Positions 14,261 to 25,039 of a DNA stretch of 64,000 bases are shown here, one piece after another. The position numbers and the translations under genes are program-made. The DNA lies in assembly GCA_045658165.1 (NCBI GenBank), contig JAZOUN010000115.1:1907-65906 (forward strand). Direction: 5' to 3'. The notes beneath the pieces are model-generated. The model was given only the letters and a program-made list of their open reading frames with translations. It was not told the origin of the DNA and ran no database searches. Every line of letters starts with the position of its first letter. Within the stretch, counting starts at the first letter, position 1. Source of the stretch: Acutalibacteraceae bacterium. GTDB taxonomy: Bacteria > Bacillota > Clostridia > Oscillospirales > Acutalibacteraceae.

Positions 14261-16012
14261 TCATTTTACCGCTGCGCCGGTATTATAACTGTATACATAG
14301 GGCAAGGGATTTACTCTTACACCGTCAATATATACTTCAAAATGAAGATGATATCCGGTTGATCTGCCTGTTGTACCGATTGAAGCCAGTTCCTGTCCTG
14401 CACGTACGTAATCACCGACTTTTACCTTGAACGAACCTGCAATTGCGTGTGCATATCCGGTAACAACACCGTCACCGTGGTCAACCCTGATATAATAACC
14501 CCAGCTGGGAGAATTAATTGCAGTAACAACAATACCGTCAGCAACTGAAACAATAGGTCTGCCTTTACAGGAACCTCTGTTGGATGAAACAATATCAATT
14601 CCGTAATGACCGTAACTCTTGTATTGCTGTGAAAGCCAGAAACAGTTATCCGGTGCAGGCCACAGGAATGTACCGCCCTGATCCTTTGTAAGTCGCGGTG
14701 AAACAGTTGCACCGCTGTCATCAACAGGAACTCCGAGTGTGCCCACTTTTATAAGCTGATCTATGGGGCTGCTTGCAGTATAACGCAGAATCTCTTTTGA
14801 AGAATCAGTCTTTTTACCGTCAATAAACGTATCTGTATAAGATACAACATCCTGACCGTTTGAACCCGGAACAACAGTCATTGTTGTTCCGACATACATA
14901 TTATTATCATACTGAGAAACAGTTCTGAAAGGAACATTCTCAACCTTGACATATGTTTTTGTAACTTTTATGCTCATATTCTTTTCGGTTTCGGTGATAA
15001 TGAGCTTATCCCCTTCCGAAAGATTTTCAATATCCGCATCGGGATTACTCTCTGCCAGTTCCTCTGCAGAAACCGAATATTGCAGAAGAATATCTGCAAC
15101 AGTTTCATCTTTTTTTACAATATGTGTAATTTTTTCCGAAGAATAACCTGACATATATTCATACAGTTTTTTTCCCGACCACAGAGTGTCATTTTCGGGA
15201 TACAGACCGATTACTGTTGTGACTTCATCGGCAAATTCTGTTTTACAGTCAGCCTGATCGGTCTCATTTTCACTGTTGAACTCATTGAATACACGCTCTT
15301 TCACACGAAGAAATGTGTCTTCGCTGTCTACTGTACACAAAAATTCATCGTTCACATAAATTCCGCAGGCATTTACTGTTTTTTCACTTACAGCAGAAAT
15401 TATATTGTTGCAGACAGTTTCCGTATCACTGAGCTGACTGATATTTGTAATTGTAACTTTATATTCGGGCACAGAAGCTGCCATTTCTTCACCCATTGTG
15501 GAAAATCTGTGTTTAGCAGCTTTTTCTGCATCTTTATATGCATTTTCATCTTTCACGGTTCCGACTATTTCACCGTCAACATAAACATCAAGTGCAAATA
15601 TAACACTTTTAAGCTCCGACGCGAATGAAAAAAGTACCGCAGCGGCAACAATGGGAATAACCGTACTGAGAACGGCACGGTTGAACCTTTCGTGCACACG
15701 GAAAGTATGAAATACATATCTGATAAAACGCCAGATACCTTTAAAAGGTTTTTCTTTGAATTCAGCTTTGAGTACGGGAACAGCTCTTTTTACCTCTGCA
15801 TTGAACTTTTTATATTCATAACGTACCGCATTGAAATATCTTACTGCAACACGTTTGAAAAATGTTGCAATAAGAATGAAAAATCTGCACACCGCACGGA
15901 ATGCTTTTCTGAAAATGTTTGCAAAGAATCTGCCGACAGCACAAAAAGCCTTTTTGCAGCCGTTACCAAGACGGTATATATCGCCGTATAATTCAAACAT
16001 CAGATCTCCCAT
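14261..16012 (-). CDS. M23 family peptidoglycan metalloendopeptidase with LysM and G5-like domains
   Basis: 583 aa with an N-terminal TM segment, a LysM-like segment (HIVKKDETVADILLQYSVSAEELAESNP) and a G5-like segment. M23 motifs are HYGIDI and GYHLHFEV. Confidence 0.85.
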   Translation of the reverse strand: MGDLMFELYGDIYRLGNGCKKAFCAVGRFFANIFRKAFRAVCRFFILIATFFKRVAVRYFNAVRYEYKKFNAEVKRAVPVLKAEFKEKPFKGIWRFIRYVFHTFRVHERFNRAVLSTVIPIVAAAVLFSFASELKSVIFALDVYVDGEIVGTVKDENAYKDAEKAAKHRFSTMGEEMAASVPEYKVTITNISQLSDTETVCNNIISAVSEKTVNACGIYVNDEFLCTVDSEDTFLRVKERVFNEFNSENETDQADCKTEFADEVTTVIGLYPENDTLWSGKKLYEYMSGYSSEKITHIVKKDETVADILLQYSVSAEELAESNPDADIENLSEGDKLIITETEKNMSIKVTKTYVKVENVPFRTVSQYDNNMYVGTTMTVVPGSNGQDVVSYTDTFIDGKKTDSSKEILRYTASSPIDQLIKVGTLGVPVDDSGATVSPRLTKDQGGTFLWPAPDNCFWLSQQYKSYGHYGIDIVSSNRGSCKGRPIVSVADGIVVTAINSPSWGYYIRVDHGDGVVTGYAHAIAGSFKVKVGDYVRAGQELASIGTTGRSTGYHLHFEVYIDGVRVNPLPYVYSYNTGAAVK

Positions 16013-16107
16013 GCTGTCAACCTCCTTCTGTTTCCTGATTTATAAAAATACAATACAATTCTGTAAGGGGAGCCTTGTAAGCTCCCCTGAAAAATTCAGA
16101 TATAATA

Positions 16108-17001
16108 TCAATAACCTCTCATTGCATTGAGATCTCTGTAATTGATAAGCTTTATGCCGAGTGATTCAATGTGCTGACGTGTTTTGGGATCTTTGAAGAG
16201 TTCATATTCCCAAACTCTTCTCTGCCATGAGCCTGCAATTGCCTTGAGTTCTTCACTCTCATAAGCAGGATGGATATATGTTTCTGTTACACCGTTATCA
16301 AATGTTCTGTAAAGCTCGTAGATATATTCTCTGAAATTCTCATAACTCTCACTCTGAGGTCCGTTCCAGTCACCGGGCATAAGGTAATCGAGCATTGCAA
16401 CTTTATTCTGCTGACCGAAAGCCACAAGCTGACCGATAAGATTATCTATCATTTCCTTGGGGATCTTGATATCAAGCATTTCGTTACCGAACATTTCATC
16501 TGTGAATACAGTAGGCATTCTGAAAGGCATCTGATACTTTCCGCAGATACCGAGTGTTGTCATAAGAAGTTCGAATCTTCCTGTATCAACACCGTAAAGT
16601 GAACCCATGTGATTGTCAAAATGTGAAGGATTAAGACCCATTGCACGGAGCTTTTCGATCTGTGCAACACATTCGATTGCAACTTCGTCAAGATCTGCAG
16701 CAGCTGCGAACTGATCGCATTCATGGTGCATGAAGCCTTCATCATCAATAAGTGATTTTACTTTATCGCCTGCAACGGGTGCCCAGCGGTATGTACCCCA
16801 TTCACTTGTTGTTGTAAGATGAACACCCACAGCAAATTCGGGATTTGCCTTTGCAAATTTAACAGCTTCAAAAGCCCAGGGACAGGGTGCCATAATTGTT
16901 GCGGATGTGATGCCTCCGCACTTAAAAAGATCCATTGTTGCCTGATTGTGAGCATGACACATGCCGAAATCGTCTGCATTGATAATCAGATATTTATCCA
17001 T
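16108..17001 (-). CDS. ChbG/YdjC family carbohydrate deacetylase
   Basis: 297 aa with the N-terminal signature LIINADDFGMCHAHN. Confidence 0.85.
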   Translation of the reverse strand: MDKYLIINADDFGMCHAHNQATMDLFKCGGITSATIMAPCPWAFEAVKFAKANPEFAVGVHLTTTSEWGTYRWAPVAGDKVKSLIDDEGFMHHECDQFAAAADLDEVAIECVAQIEKLRAMGLNPSHFDNHMGSLYGVDTGRFELLMTTLGICGKYQMPFRMPTVFTDEMFGNEMLDIKIPKEMIDNLIGQLVAFGQQNKVAMLDYLMPGDWNGPQSESYENFREYIYELYRTFDNGVTETYIHPAYESEELKAIAGSWQRRVWEYELFKDPKTRQHIESLGIKLINYRDLNAMRGY

Positions 17002-17011
17002 AATAAACTCC

Positions 17012-18322
17012 TTACTCTTCCCTGTCAGGAAGCATATAATGCTTTATATTATTAAGGAATCTGCCGTCAAGAACAGCTTCCATATAAATGCAGTCATCAC
17101 GGTATTCTTCCGTTATAACAGCACCTTCTTTTCTGATTTTTGAAGTTATCGCGCCTTCGGAATAAGGAATAGCAAGTCGGACTTTTCTTCTTGTATTTTC
17201 AAGAAGACTGCACATTTTTTCAAGCAGATTGTCAAGACCTGTCTTTTTAAGGGCAGATATTCTCACATCATTGCCCGTTTCACCGAAAAATCTCAGATTC
17301 GGAGCCTTATCACTCTTATTATATACCGTCAGCATCGGCTTATCTGCCGCACCGAGTTCTGAAACAACACGTTTTGTAACTTTGAGATGTTCTTCAAAAT
17401 CCGCATCGGAAGCATCGCATATATTAAGAATCAGATCGGCATAAACAACCTCTTCAAGAGTTGATTTGAATGCCTCAACAAGGTCATGGGGAAGTCTCGA
17501 GATAAAACCTACCGTATCTACAAGAACAACAGTTCTTCCGTCGGGAAGTTTCAGTGCTCTTGCCGTGGGATCAAGTGTTGCAAAAAGCTTGTTTTCCGTA
17601 AGAACGCCTGCATTTGTAAGCGTATTGAGAAGAGTGGATTTTCCTGCATTTGTATAACCGACGATTGCCACGGTTGTAACTGCATTCTTCTTTCTTCTCT
17701 CCCTTAAAAGCATTCTTCTTTTTGAAAGGGTTTTAAGCTGTGTTTCAAGAGCCGTGATTCTTCTGTGAATATGACGTCTGTCTGATTCAAGTTTTGATTC
17801 ACCGGGACCTCTTGTGCCGATACCGCCGCCGAGTCTTGACATTTCGGTACCTTTGCCGCCCAGTCTCGGAAGAGAGTACTTGAGCTGTGCAAGTTCAACC
17901 TGCAGTTTACCTTCACTTGTTTTTGCGTTGAGTGCAAAAATATCAAGAATGAGCATTGTTCTGTCTATAACACGGATATCGGTAATCTGCTCTATATTTC
18001 TTTGCTGGGACGGAGTAAGTTCACCGTCAAAAATAAGCAGATCAATATCGTTATTATCGCATATATTTTTAAGCTCCCAGAGTTTTCCTCCCCCGAGGAA
18101 AGTTGCATTGTCGGGCTTGTCCTTTTTCTGAATCAGTTTAGCAAAAACCTCGGCACCTGCCGTATGAGCAAGTTCTTCAAGTTCATCAATTGATGCCTCG
18201 GCATCAAACTCACCCGTATCAACACTTACAAGTATACATATTTCGGAAGCTGTAGAATTTTCAAAAAATTCAGCCAAAATAATCACCTTTTTAATTTTAA
18301 CACAATACATATACCTTTTCAA
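17012..18322 (-). CDS. hflX: GTPase HflX
   Basis: G-domain motifs (VAIVGYTNAGKSTLLN; DTVGF) and the HflX N-domain (GGGIGTRGPGESKLESDRR). The start is uncertain. A TTG at 18277, preceded by AAAGGTG, is a plausible true start. Confidence 0.9.
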   Translation of the reverse strand: MKRYMYCVKIKKVIILAEFFENSTASEICILVSVDTGEFDAEASIDELEELAHTAGAEVFAKLIQKKDKPDNATFLGGGKLWELKNICDNNDIDLLIFDGELTPSQQRNIEQITDIRVIDRTMLILDIFALNAKTSEGKLQVELAQLKYSLPRLGGKGTEMSRLGGGIGTRGPGESKLESDRRHIHRRITALETQLKTLSKRRMLLRERRKKNAVTTVAIVGYTNAGKSTLLNTLTNAGVLTENKLFATLDPTARALKLPDGRTVVLVDTVGFISRLPHDLVEAFKSTLEEVVYADLILNICDASDADFEEHLKVTKRVVSELGAADKPMLTVYNKSDKAPNLRFFGETGNDVRISALKKTGLDNLLEKMCSLLENTRRKVRLAIPYSEGAITSKIRKEGAVITEEYRDDCIYMEAVLDGRFLNNIKHYMLPDREE

Positions 18323-18425
18323 GTAAAATTAATGTAAAAAAATTTCCGAAAAAGCTACAATTAACGGAAAATATATGTTATAATATAGAATCGAAAAATA
18401 TTTTAAATTTAAAGAGCTGAAAATT

Positions 18426-19907
18426 ATGAACAATGAGCTTACAAATAAAAATGTTTATGATGTACTTGTGGTAGGTTGCGGTATTGCCGGAATGTACGGT
18501 GCACTGCAATTCGACAAAGACACTGATGTCCTGCTTCTTGCAAAGTACGAAAAGAATGTTTCCAACAGCAATCTTGCACAGGGAGGCATTGCGGCAGTTC
18601 TCGACCTGGAGGATGACAGCTATGACCTTCATATAGAAGATACCATGATTGCAGGCGGAAGAGCAAACGATCTTGAAGCTGTTGACACTCTTGTGCATGA
18701 AGGTCCCGATGATGTACGCAACATTATGGAAAACATGGGTGTTGAATTCGACAGAAATGAAGACGGTTCTCTCGACAAAACTCTTGAGGGCGGTCACTGC
18801 AAAAGACGAATCATGCACTACAAGGATTCAACAGGTGCGGAAATGGTACGCAAACTGCTTGTTGAAACCGAAAAACGCGAAAACATAGAAACAAGCTACA
18901 ATACCACACTCTACTCACTGCAGAGAGTCAAAAGCGGTTTCAGGGCTGATATAACAAAGGACGGCAAACTGAAAAGTATATTCTGCAGTTACTGTATTCT
19001 CTGCACAGGCGGTATAGGAAGAGTTTACAAACACACAACAAACCCGAAATCCGCAACAGGCGACGGAATACGAATTGCTTACGAAGCAGGTGCTTCAATC
19101 AAGAACCTGAGTTACATTCAGTTCCATCCCACAGCATTCAATTCCGAAAACGGAGAACAGTTCCTCATAAGCGAATCTGTCCGAGGCGAAGGTGCAGTAC
19201 TGAAAAACTGTAAAAAAGAAAGATTCATGCACCGATATGATGAACGTCTTGAACTGGCTCCGAGAGATGTTGTTTCAAAATCAATAATACTCGAAAGCAG
19301 AAGAACAGGCAGCAACAATTTCTATATCGATATAACCCATGAAGATCCGGAATTTTTAAAATGGCGTTTTCCCGGCATATATCAGGGCTGTTTGCAGTAC
19401 GGTGTGGATATGACAAAAGATCTCATACCCATTTTCCCGTGTCAGCATTACCTTATGGGCGGAATTGAAACAGACATTGATGCAAGAACTTCCGTTCCCA
19501 GACTCTACGCGGCAGGTGAATGTGCAAACACCGGTGTTCACGGCAAAAACAGACTTGCAAGTAATTCACTTCTCGAAGCTCTTGTTTTCTCAAGACGTGC
19601 AGCACAGGACATAAAACGTTGCATGGCAGCAGGATTCCCCACAGTCAGCGAATACCCCAGTCCCCTTGAACAGCCCGAAAACGGTGCCCCCGTTCCCAAA
19701 GGACTTAAAGACGAAATCAGAAGCATCATGCAAAGATCATATTTCGTTCTTCCCGATCAGGGAACCATTCGTTCAGGTCTTCGCCAGATAGACAACATAC
19801 TTAAAAGACTCAAAGGCGGTTCATACGCAATCACAACAGATTTCTGTGAAACGCTCAGCATGGCAACAAATGCTTATATTATTCTGAAAGAGGTAGACGA
19901 CAGATGA
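18426..19907 (+). CDS. nadB: L-aspartate oxidase
   Basis: 493 aa with an FAD-binding N-terminus (VLVVGCGIAGM) and RLYAAGECANTGVHGKNRLASNSLLE. Confidence 0.9.
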   Translation: MNNELTNKNVYDVLVVGCGIAGMYGALQFDKDTDVLLLAKYEKNVSNSNLAQGGIAAVLDLEDDSYDLHIEDTMIAGGRANDLEAVDTLVHEGPDDVRNIMENMGVEFDRNEDGSLDKTLEGGHCKRRIMHYKDSTGAEMVRKLLVETEKRENIETSYNTTLYSLQRVKSGFRADITKDGKLKSIFCSYCILCTGGIGRVYKHTTNPKSATGDGIRIAYEAGASIKNLSYIQFHPTAFNSENGEQFLISESVRGEGAVLKNCKKERFMHRYDERLELAPRDVVSKSIILESRRTGSNNFYIDITHEDPEFLKWRFPGIYQGCLQYGVDMTKDLIPIFPCQHYLMGGIETDIDARTSVPRLYAAGECANTGVHGKNRLASNSLLEALVFSRRAAQDIKRCMAAGFPTVSEYPSPLEQPENGAPVPKGLKDEIRSIMQRSYFVLPDQGTIRSGLRQIDNILKRLKGGSYAITTDFCETLSMATNAYIILKEVDDR

Positions 19908-20743
19908 TACTCCCCGATTTTTACATTGACGAACTCATAAAAAAAGCAATTACAGAAGACATCAACTATATAGACGTTTCTTCAGCATACCTTTTCGGTG
20001 ATGATGACAGAACTGAGGCATATTTTGTATCAAAGGCTGACGGTGTACTCTGCGGTATTGAAGTAGCTCTCAGGGTTTTCTCACTTCTTGACAACACACT
20101 TGAATACAAGCTTTACAAACACGACGGTGACGAAATCAAAGAAGGTGATCTGATTGCCGAATTCAGCGGAAAAACTCTCAAGCTCCTTGAAGGCGAAAGA
20201 ACAGCTCTCAATCTTCTTCAGCACATGTCAGGCGTTGCTTCAATGACAAATGCAGCAGTAAAAGCAATTGAAGGCACAGGTTCAACAATTGCAGACACAA
20301 GAAAAACACTTCCCGGGCTTCGTGCTATACAGAAATACGCAGTAACTTGCGGCGGCGGTCACAACCACCGTTATAATCTTTCCGATGCGGCAATGCTCAA
20401 GGACAATCACATTGATGCAGGCGGCGGAATAACAAAAACTGTTCAGGCTCTCAGAAAAAAAATCGGTCATACAGTAAAAATCGAAGTTGAAACAAGAAAT
20501 CTCGAGGAAGTCAAAGAAGCAGTTGCTGCCGGTGCAGACATCATAATGCTTGACAACATGAACCTTGAAACCATGCAGGAAGCTGTAAAAATTATTGACG
20601 GCAAAGCTCTTACAGAGGCTTCGGGCAATGTTACTCTTGACAACATCAGAACAGTTGCAAACGCAGGTGTTGACATTATTTCAATGGGTGCAATCACTCA
20701 TTCGGTAAAAGCATTCGACATTTCAATGAGAATAAAGAAGTAA
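19904..20743 (+). CDS. nadC: nicotinate-nucleotide pyrophosphorylase (carboxylating)
   Basis: 279 aa. 4-nt overlap with nadB. Typical TRKT.PGLR and LKDNHI motifs. Confidence 0.9.
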   Translation: MILPDFYIDELIKKAITEDINYIDVSSAYLFGDDDRTEAYFVSKADGVLCGIEVALRVFSLLDNTLEYKLYKHDGDEIKEGDLIAEFSGKTLKLLEGERTALNLLQHMSGVASMTNAAVKAIEGTGSTIADTRKTLPGLRAIQKYAVTCGGGHNHRYNLSDAAMLKDNHIDAGGGITKTVQALRKKIGHTVKIEVETRNLEEVKEAVAAGADIIMLDNMNLETMQEAVKIIDGKALTEASGNVTLDNIRTVANAGVDIISMGAITHSVKAFDISMRIKK

Positions 20744-20757
20744 AGAAGGTTATTACA

Positions 20758-21237
20758 ATGGAAGAAAACAATGTAAAACTTACAAAAAAAGAAAATATTA
20801 TTCAGGTTATCAAATTTGTTTTATTTTCCACATCGGCAGGTATTATTCAGACTTTGACTTTCACTCTGCTTACAGAATTACCGCCTGAACTTTTTGATAA
20901 AGAGCTTCCCTACTGGGCTTGTTATCTGCCGGCACTTGTACTTTCCGTTCTGTTCAATTTTACGGTAAACAGAAAGTTCACATTCAAGTCCGCAAGCAAT
21001 ATTCCCGTTGCAATGCTCAAAGTTGCTGCATTTTACGCAGTTTTCACTCCCGTAACAACCGTACTTGGCAATATGGCTGCAAATCGTTTTGATGCCGCAA
21101 ACAATCCCGTTGCAGACTATCTGATTTTCGGTGTAACAATGCTTCTGAATCTTGTTACGGAATTCCTTTACCAGAAATATTTTGTTTTCAGAGATTCAAT
21201 AAACACAAACGACAGCGCAAAAAAAGATAAAGAATAA
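20758..21237 (+). CDS. GtrA family membrane protein
   Basis: 159 aa with 4 TM segments and the motif FNFTVNRKFTFKS. Confidence 0.8.
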   Translation: MEENNVKLTKKENIIQVIKFVLFSTSAGIIQTLTFTLLTELPPELFDKELPYWACYLPALVLSVLFNFTVNRKFTFKSASNIPVAMLKVAAFYAVFTPVTTVLGNMAANRFDAANNPVADYLIFGVTMLLNLVTEFLYQKYFVFRDSINTNDSAKKDKE

Positions 21238-21283
21238 TAACAGACACCCCTTATACATAAAATTGTATGAGGGGTGTTGTTTT

Positions 21284-21520
21284 ATGAAATGTTCAATAAG
21301 CAGTCTGTGTGACAAGGATGTTATAACTGTCAATAACGGAATAAAAATCGGCACCGTGAGCGATGTTGAATTCGACACGTGTACAGGCACAATAACAGCA
21401 CTTGTGATCTGCGGAAAACAAGGTTTTTTCGGCATTGTGGGTAAAACCGAAGACATACGTATAAACTGGTGTGACATTGATGTTATAGGTGATGACACAA
21501 TACTTGTAAAAAAATGCTGA
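21284..21520 (+). CDS. YlmC/YmxH family (PRC-barrel) sporulation protein
   Basis: ORF track gives 21263..21520. The ATG at 21284 follows GAGGGGTG. Peptide: SSLCDKDVITVNNGIKIGTVSDVEFDTCTG. Confidence 0.8.
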   Translation: MKCSISSLCDKDVITVNNGIKIGTVSDVEFDTCTGTITALVICGKQGFFGIVGKTEDIRINWCDIDVIGDDTILVKKC

Positions 21521-21522
21521 AC

Positions 21523-21572
21523 AAAAAAACGGGTTGCAGGAAACTTTTGTTTCTTACAACCCGTTGTGATTT
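21523..21572. terminator. long bidirectional terminator hairpin
   Basis: 16-position stem 21529-21544/21549-21564 (14 Watson-Crick pairs, one G-U, one mismatch), flanked by an A-run and a T-run. Confidence 0.7.
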
Positions 21573-21575
21573 TTA

Positions 21576-22238
21576 TCAGTTCTTTTTTCTGTATTTTATA
21601 ACAATTACAGCAAGTCCTGCCACAAAAACAACTGCAGCAACTACAGCCGCAACAATTATTTTATTTATATTTGCATTATCCTGCTCGTTACCCTCAATCA
21701 CAGATACATCAAAACTGTCTGATGTGGATTTTGCAATACTTCCTTCATTGAGAGGGATTTTGAGTGTTGCTCTTTCAAGATTGACACTTGCAGAATCGGG
21801 ATCCATTGCGCATGAATCAGCAGTGGAAATAAATACTGTTTCAGTTGCGTTTTTGTCTTTTACCTTAAATGTAAATATTGCAACTGTTGCACTGCCGTCT
21901 TCTTCACAGTCATCTTCACGGACATGATAAAGATCAACAAACTGAATTGCGATTTTTCCGTCAGAACCGGGAATTTCTGCAATTTCTGTTATAACGTCTT
22001 TCATTCTGACATCTTCATGTTCTGCAAGTTCAAGCACAGCAGGATCATACTTGAGTCTGAAATCAGCACTTTCTGTTCCTGCAAAATCAAGAACTCTGTA
22101 ATATACCGTAACAGTATCATTTTTATCGTTATAAGCTGCCGCAAGCATAAGCTGAGGTGTTTCCCATGCAGATACTGCAACGGTCAGAACCGAAACAGCC
22201 AAAATTACAACAAGTAAAGACGCAATTATTTTTTTCAT
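21576..22238 (-). CDS. secreted cohesin-like beta-sandwich domain protein with a C-terminal TM anchor
   Basis: ORF track gives 21576..22355. The internal start MKKIIASLLVVILAVSVL is a signal peptide. The central domain resembles cohesin modules, and IIVAAVVAAVVFVAGLAVIVI is a C-terminal TM segment. The domain call is by resemblance only. Confidence 0.55.
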   Translation of the reverse strand: MKKIIASLLVVILAVSVLTVAVSAWETPQLMLAAAYNDKNDTVTVYYRVLDFAGTESADFRLKYDPAVLELAEHEDVRMKDVITEIAEIPGSDGKIAIQFVDLYHVREDDCEEDGSATVAIFTFKVKDKNATETVFISTADSCAMDPDSASVNLERATLKIPLNEGSIAKSTSDSFDVSVIEGNEQDNANINKIIVAAVVAAVVFVAGLAVIVIKYRKKN

Positions 22239-22251
22239 ATCAATTTTCCTT

Positions 22252-23286
22252 TCAGACAAAATAAAATTGTGTATCCCATGCAGGAATATAGGGATTATGA
22301 CGGATATAAACTTTATAATCATCCCGTAATGACATAATCTGCAGAGCAATTGCAAATATATCCTCAGAACGGTGATAACAGGAAATGAGCATTTTAGGCT
22401 TACATCTCTTTATTGTTTTTTCTGCACCTGATATGGCTTCTTTTTCAAGCCCTTCCACATCAAATTTGATGTAAGAAACATCATTTTCACCGATAATACT
22501 GTCAACGGTCATGCATTTTACAACAGTTCCCGTTTTATCGGCACTGCTGTTGCGTCCGCCGTCCTTTGAAAACTGAGCATCACCACAGAAATCGGAAACA
22601 CAGACATTAAGTCTCTGAATATTCTCAAGATTTTCAGTATTTTTCTCAAGCTTTCTGAAATTTTTCATATCAGGTTCAACTGCATATATTTTTCTGTAAG
22701 ACACGGTATTTTCAAGAAATTCCGCTACAGTGTCTCCGATAAATGCACCGAGATCCATATAAATTTCATCATTACTGAGTTTAAGAATATTCTCATAAGC
22801 TTCTTCACGGGGTGTTTCGCAGGAAGTAAGACACTCAATCTCCCCCGTAAGTTTGAATCTGATTATGTTTTCATAAACTTCACGTGACTTATCATCACTG
22901 AGAAAAGTTTTTACCTTTTCGATTTCAGATATGTGATTTTCATAAAATTCACGATTAAAAATATTTTCACCGTAAACGGGCACATCAACAGAATATGTTT
23001 CCCTTTCAGATGCAATCATTTTTATATTTTCAAGAACTTCCGGTCTTTGCGAACCGAAAGAAATAAGAACAAGAAAATCACCGAACTGTTTTTTCGCATC
23101 ACTGTATGAAATTACGTTAAAACCTCTGAAAATACGGTTTCTGACAAATCCGTCAGAAACAAAAACACCTGATACAGCAATTTCAAGACGGTTCAGTTCA
23201 TCAATGATTTTATCTGCACCGTTTCCCGTGCCGTAAATGAGAATCGGTTTATGAGTTTCTTTTGCTTTTTCCCAGACAGTTTTCAT
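22252..23286 (-). CDS. FkbM family methyltransferase
   Basis: 344 aa with DLGAFIGDT and IKFDVEGLEKEAI motifs. Confidence 0.8.
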   Translation of the reverse strand: MKTVWEKAKETHKPILIYGTGNGADKIIDELNRLEIAVSGVFVSDGFVRNRIFRGFNVISYSDAKKQFGDFLVLISFGSQRPEVLENIKMIASERETYSVDVPVYGENIFNREFYENHISEIEKVKTFLSDDKSREVYENIIRFKLTGEIECLTSCETPREEAYENILKLSNDEIYMDLGAFIGDTVAEFLENTVSYRKIYAVEPDMKNFRKLEKNTENLENIQRLNVCVSDFCGDAQFSKDGGRNSSADKTGTVVKCMTVDSIIGENDVSYIKFDVEGLEKEAISGAEKTIKRCKPKMLISCYHRSEDIFAIALQIMSLRDDYKVYIRHNPYIPAWDTQFYFV

Positions 23287-24002
23287 TCGAGTATATTTGA
23301 AGTGATAAAATCAATTCCCCAGGCAACAAGCTGTTCTGCAGCCTGCGGATCATCACATGTCCAGCAGTTTACCTTTATGCCTGCATCATGAAGCTTTTTC
23401 ATATTATCTGCGTTGAGTGATGTGTATCTGATATCAAGATCGAGATTATTTTCTTTCAGAGTATCAATAAGACTGTCTGAATATTCTTCAATCAGGAACT
23501 GTGCAGGCTGTACGGGGTATTTCTTTCTGAGAAAAACAAGATTTTCAAGACAGAATGAAATAAAAATCACATTTTCAAGATAACCCATTTCAGTTATTAT
23601 ATCTGCAATTTCATAAATTTCATCTTCAGCAAAAGCATTTTTAAGCTCCAGAACAGCAACTTTTTCATACTTTTTGCATATTGCAATATACTCCTGCAAA
23701 GTAGGAATTCTTATATCTGTTCTGCCTTTTTTACCGTCAATATCGGTAAGAAGAAGACTGCGGAGACAATCAAAAGTTGTCTTTTCAACTTCCATATTGT
23801 CTATTGCAACTCTTCCCGTTGTATCGTCGTGAAAAACAACATATTTTCCGTCAAGAGTTTTGTGTACATCTGTTTCAATGCCGAAATAACTTCTGTTTCC
23901 GGCGGCAACAAAGGCTGCATTTGTATTTTCTTTTTCAATACCGCTGAGACCTCTGTGAGCAACTACAAGGGCATTCTTTTTATCGAATTTGATTGTATTC
24001 AT
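23283..24002 (-). CDS. glycerophosphodiester phosphodiesterase family protein
   Basis: Start taken at MNTIKFDK. Motifs: VVAHRGLSG..ENT and GIETDVH...FHDDT. Confidence 0.85.
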   Translation of the reverse strand: MNTIKFDKKNALVVAHRGLSGIEKENTNAAFVAAGNRSYFGIETDVHKTLDGKYVVFHDDTTGRVAIDNMEVEKTTFDCLRSLLLTDIDGKKGRTDIRIPTLQEYIAICKKYEKVAVLELKNAFAEDEIYEIADIITEMGYLENVIFISFCLENLVFLRKKYPVQPAQFLIEEYSDSLIDTLKENNLDLDIRYTSLNADNMKKLHDAGIKVNCWTCDDPQAAEQLVAWGIDFITSNILE

Positions 24003-24134
24003 CTCATGCACCTCCAACGGAAAAAGTATAACATTAAACAGATGAAACTTCAATATTAAATTAATAAATATATTGCAAAATGACAGGTGTTGTGTTATTA
24101 TTTATACTGACAGAAAATCGAAAGGATGCTTTTT

Positions 24135-25022
24135 ATGGAAATCGCAGAGCAGTTATACAAAGACTTTACCGATGAACAGAAAGCTAAACTTCACGAGATT
24201 CAGGGGATTGAACTGAAAATACTGCGTGAAGTTGACAGAATATGCAAAAAATATAATCTTCATTATTCTCTCAGCGGCGGCACATTGCTCGGTGCAATCC
24301 GTCATAAGGATTTTATACCCTGGGACGACGATATTGATATAGACCTTAAAAGAGATGACTTCAACAAGCTTCTCTCCGTTCTCCCCGATGAACTCGGCGA
24401 AGAATTTGAATTCATCAACTACGATCAGTTCGGTGAATACCACTGTGACTTTATTCCCAGAATTTATTACAGAAACAGTAAGGCTGTAAATTCATTCAGC
24501 ACAGACGGCGGCAAGAACAACTTTGCCAACGACACAAGAATGAACAGAATTTTCATTGAGCTTTACTGTCTTCACGACACAGATTCAAAACTTGTAAAGA
24601 GTCAGATTTTCAAAGTCAAGATGATTTACGGTCTTGCAATGGGACACAGACTTATCCCCACAGATTCTTCAGGTTACAGCTTCACACAGAAAGCTCAGGT
24701 TGCCGTTCTTACAACAATGGGTAAAATGATGCCCATGAAGAAAATCTACAAGATGTACGAAGACTGTGTAAACAGTGTAAAAACAGGTGAAGGCGATCTC
24801 TACTTCAAACCCAGCGTACCTCTTCCCGTTCAGCACAGAAATGTTTTTCCCAAGAATTTCTTCGATTCATACACAGAAGTTCCCATCAGGGATGATATGG
24901 CAATGGCTCCTGCAGAATACATAAAGGTACTTGAATATCTTTACACAAACTGGCAGAGTCTCCCCAAAGAAAAGGACAGACATCCGGGGCACTTTGAACT
25001 TCTGAAAACTGAGATTTTTTAA
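24135..25022 (+). CDS. licD: LicD family phosphotransferase
   Basis: The ATG at 24135 follows AAAGGA. Motif: SGGTLLGAIRHKDFIPWDDDIDI. Confidence 0.85.
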   Translation: MEIAEQLYKDFTDEQKAKLHEIQGIELKILREVDRICKKYNLHYSLSGGTLLGAIRHKDFIPWDDDIDIDLKRDDFNKLLSVLPDELGEEFEFINYDQFGEYHCDFIPRIYYRNSKAVNSFSTDGGKNNFANDTRMNRIFIELYCLHDTDSKLVKSQIFKVKMIYGLAMGHRLIPTDSSGYSFTQKAQVAVLTTMGKMMPMKKIYKMYEDCVNSVKTGEGDLYFKPSVPLPVQHRNVFPKNFFDSYTEVPIRDDMAMAPAEYIKVLEYLYTNWQSLPKEKDRHPGHFELLKTEIF

Positions 25023-25039
25023 TTAAGGAGCAAAAAGAT

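Noticed and set aside
16066-16088. Hairpin AGGGGAGC-N7-GCTCCCCT downstream of the ChbG-like gene as a terminator.
   Set aside because: The stem is good, but no U-tract follows on either strand. It is not reported as a terminator and may be a stabilising or processing hairpin.
18426-20743. nadB-nadC without nadA as an anomaly.
   Set aside because: nadA may simply be encoded elsewhere in the genome. This cannot be judged from a 64-kb window.
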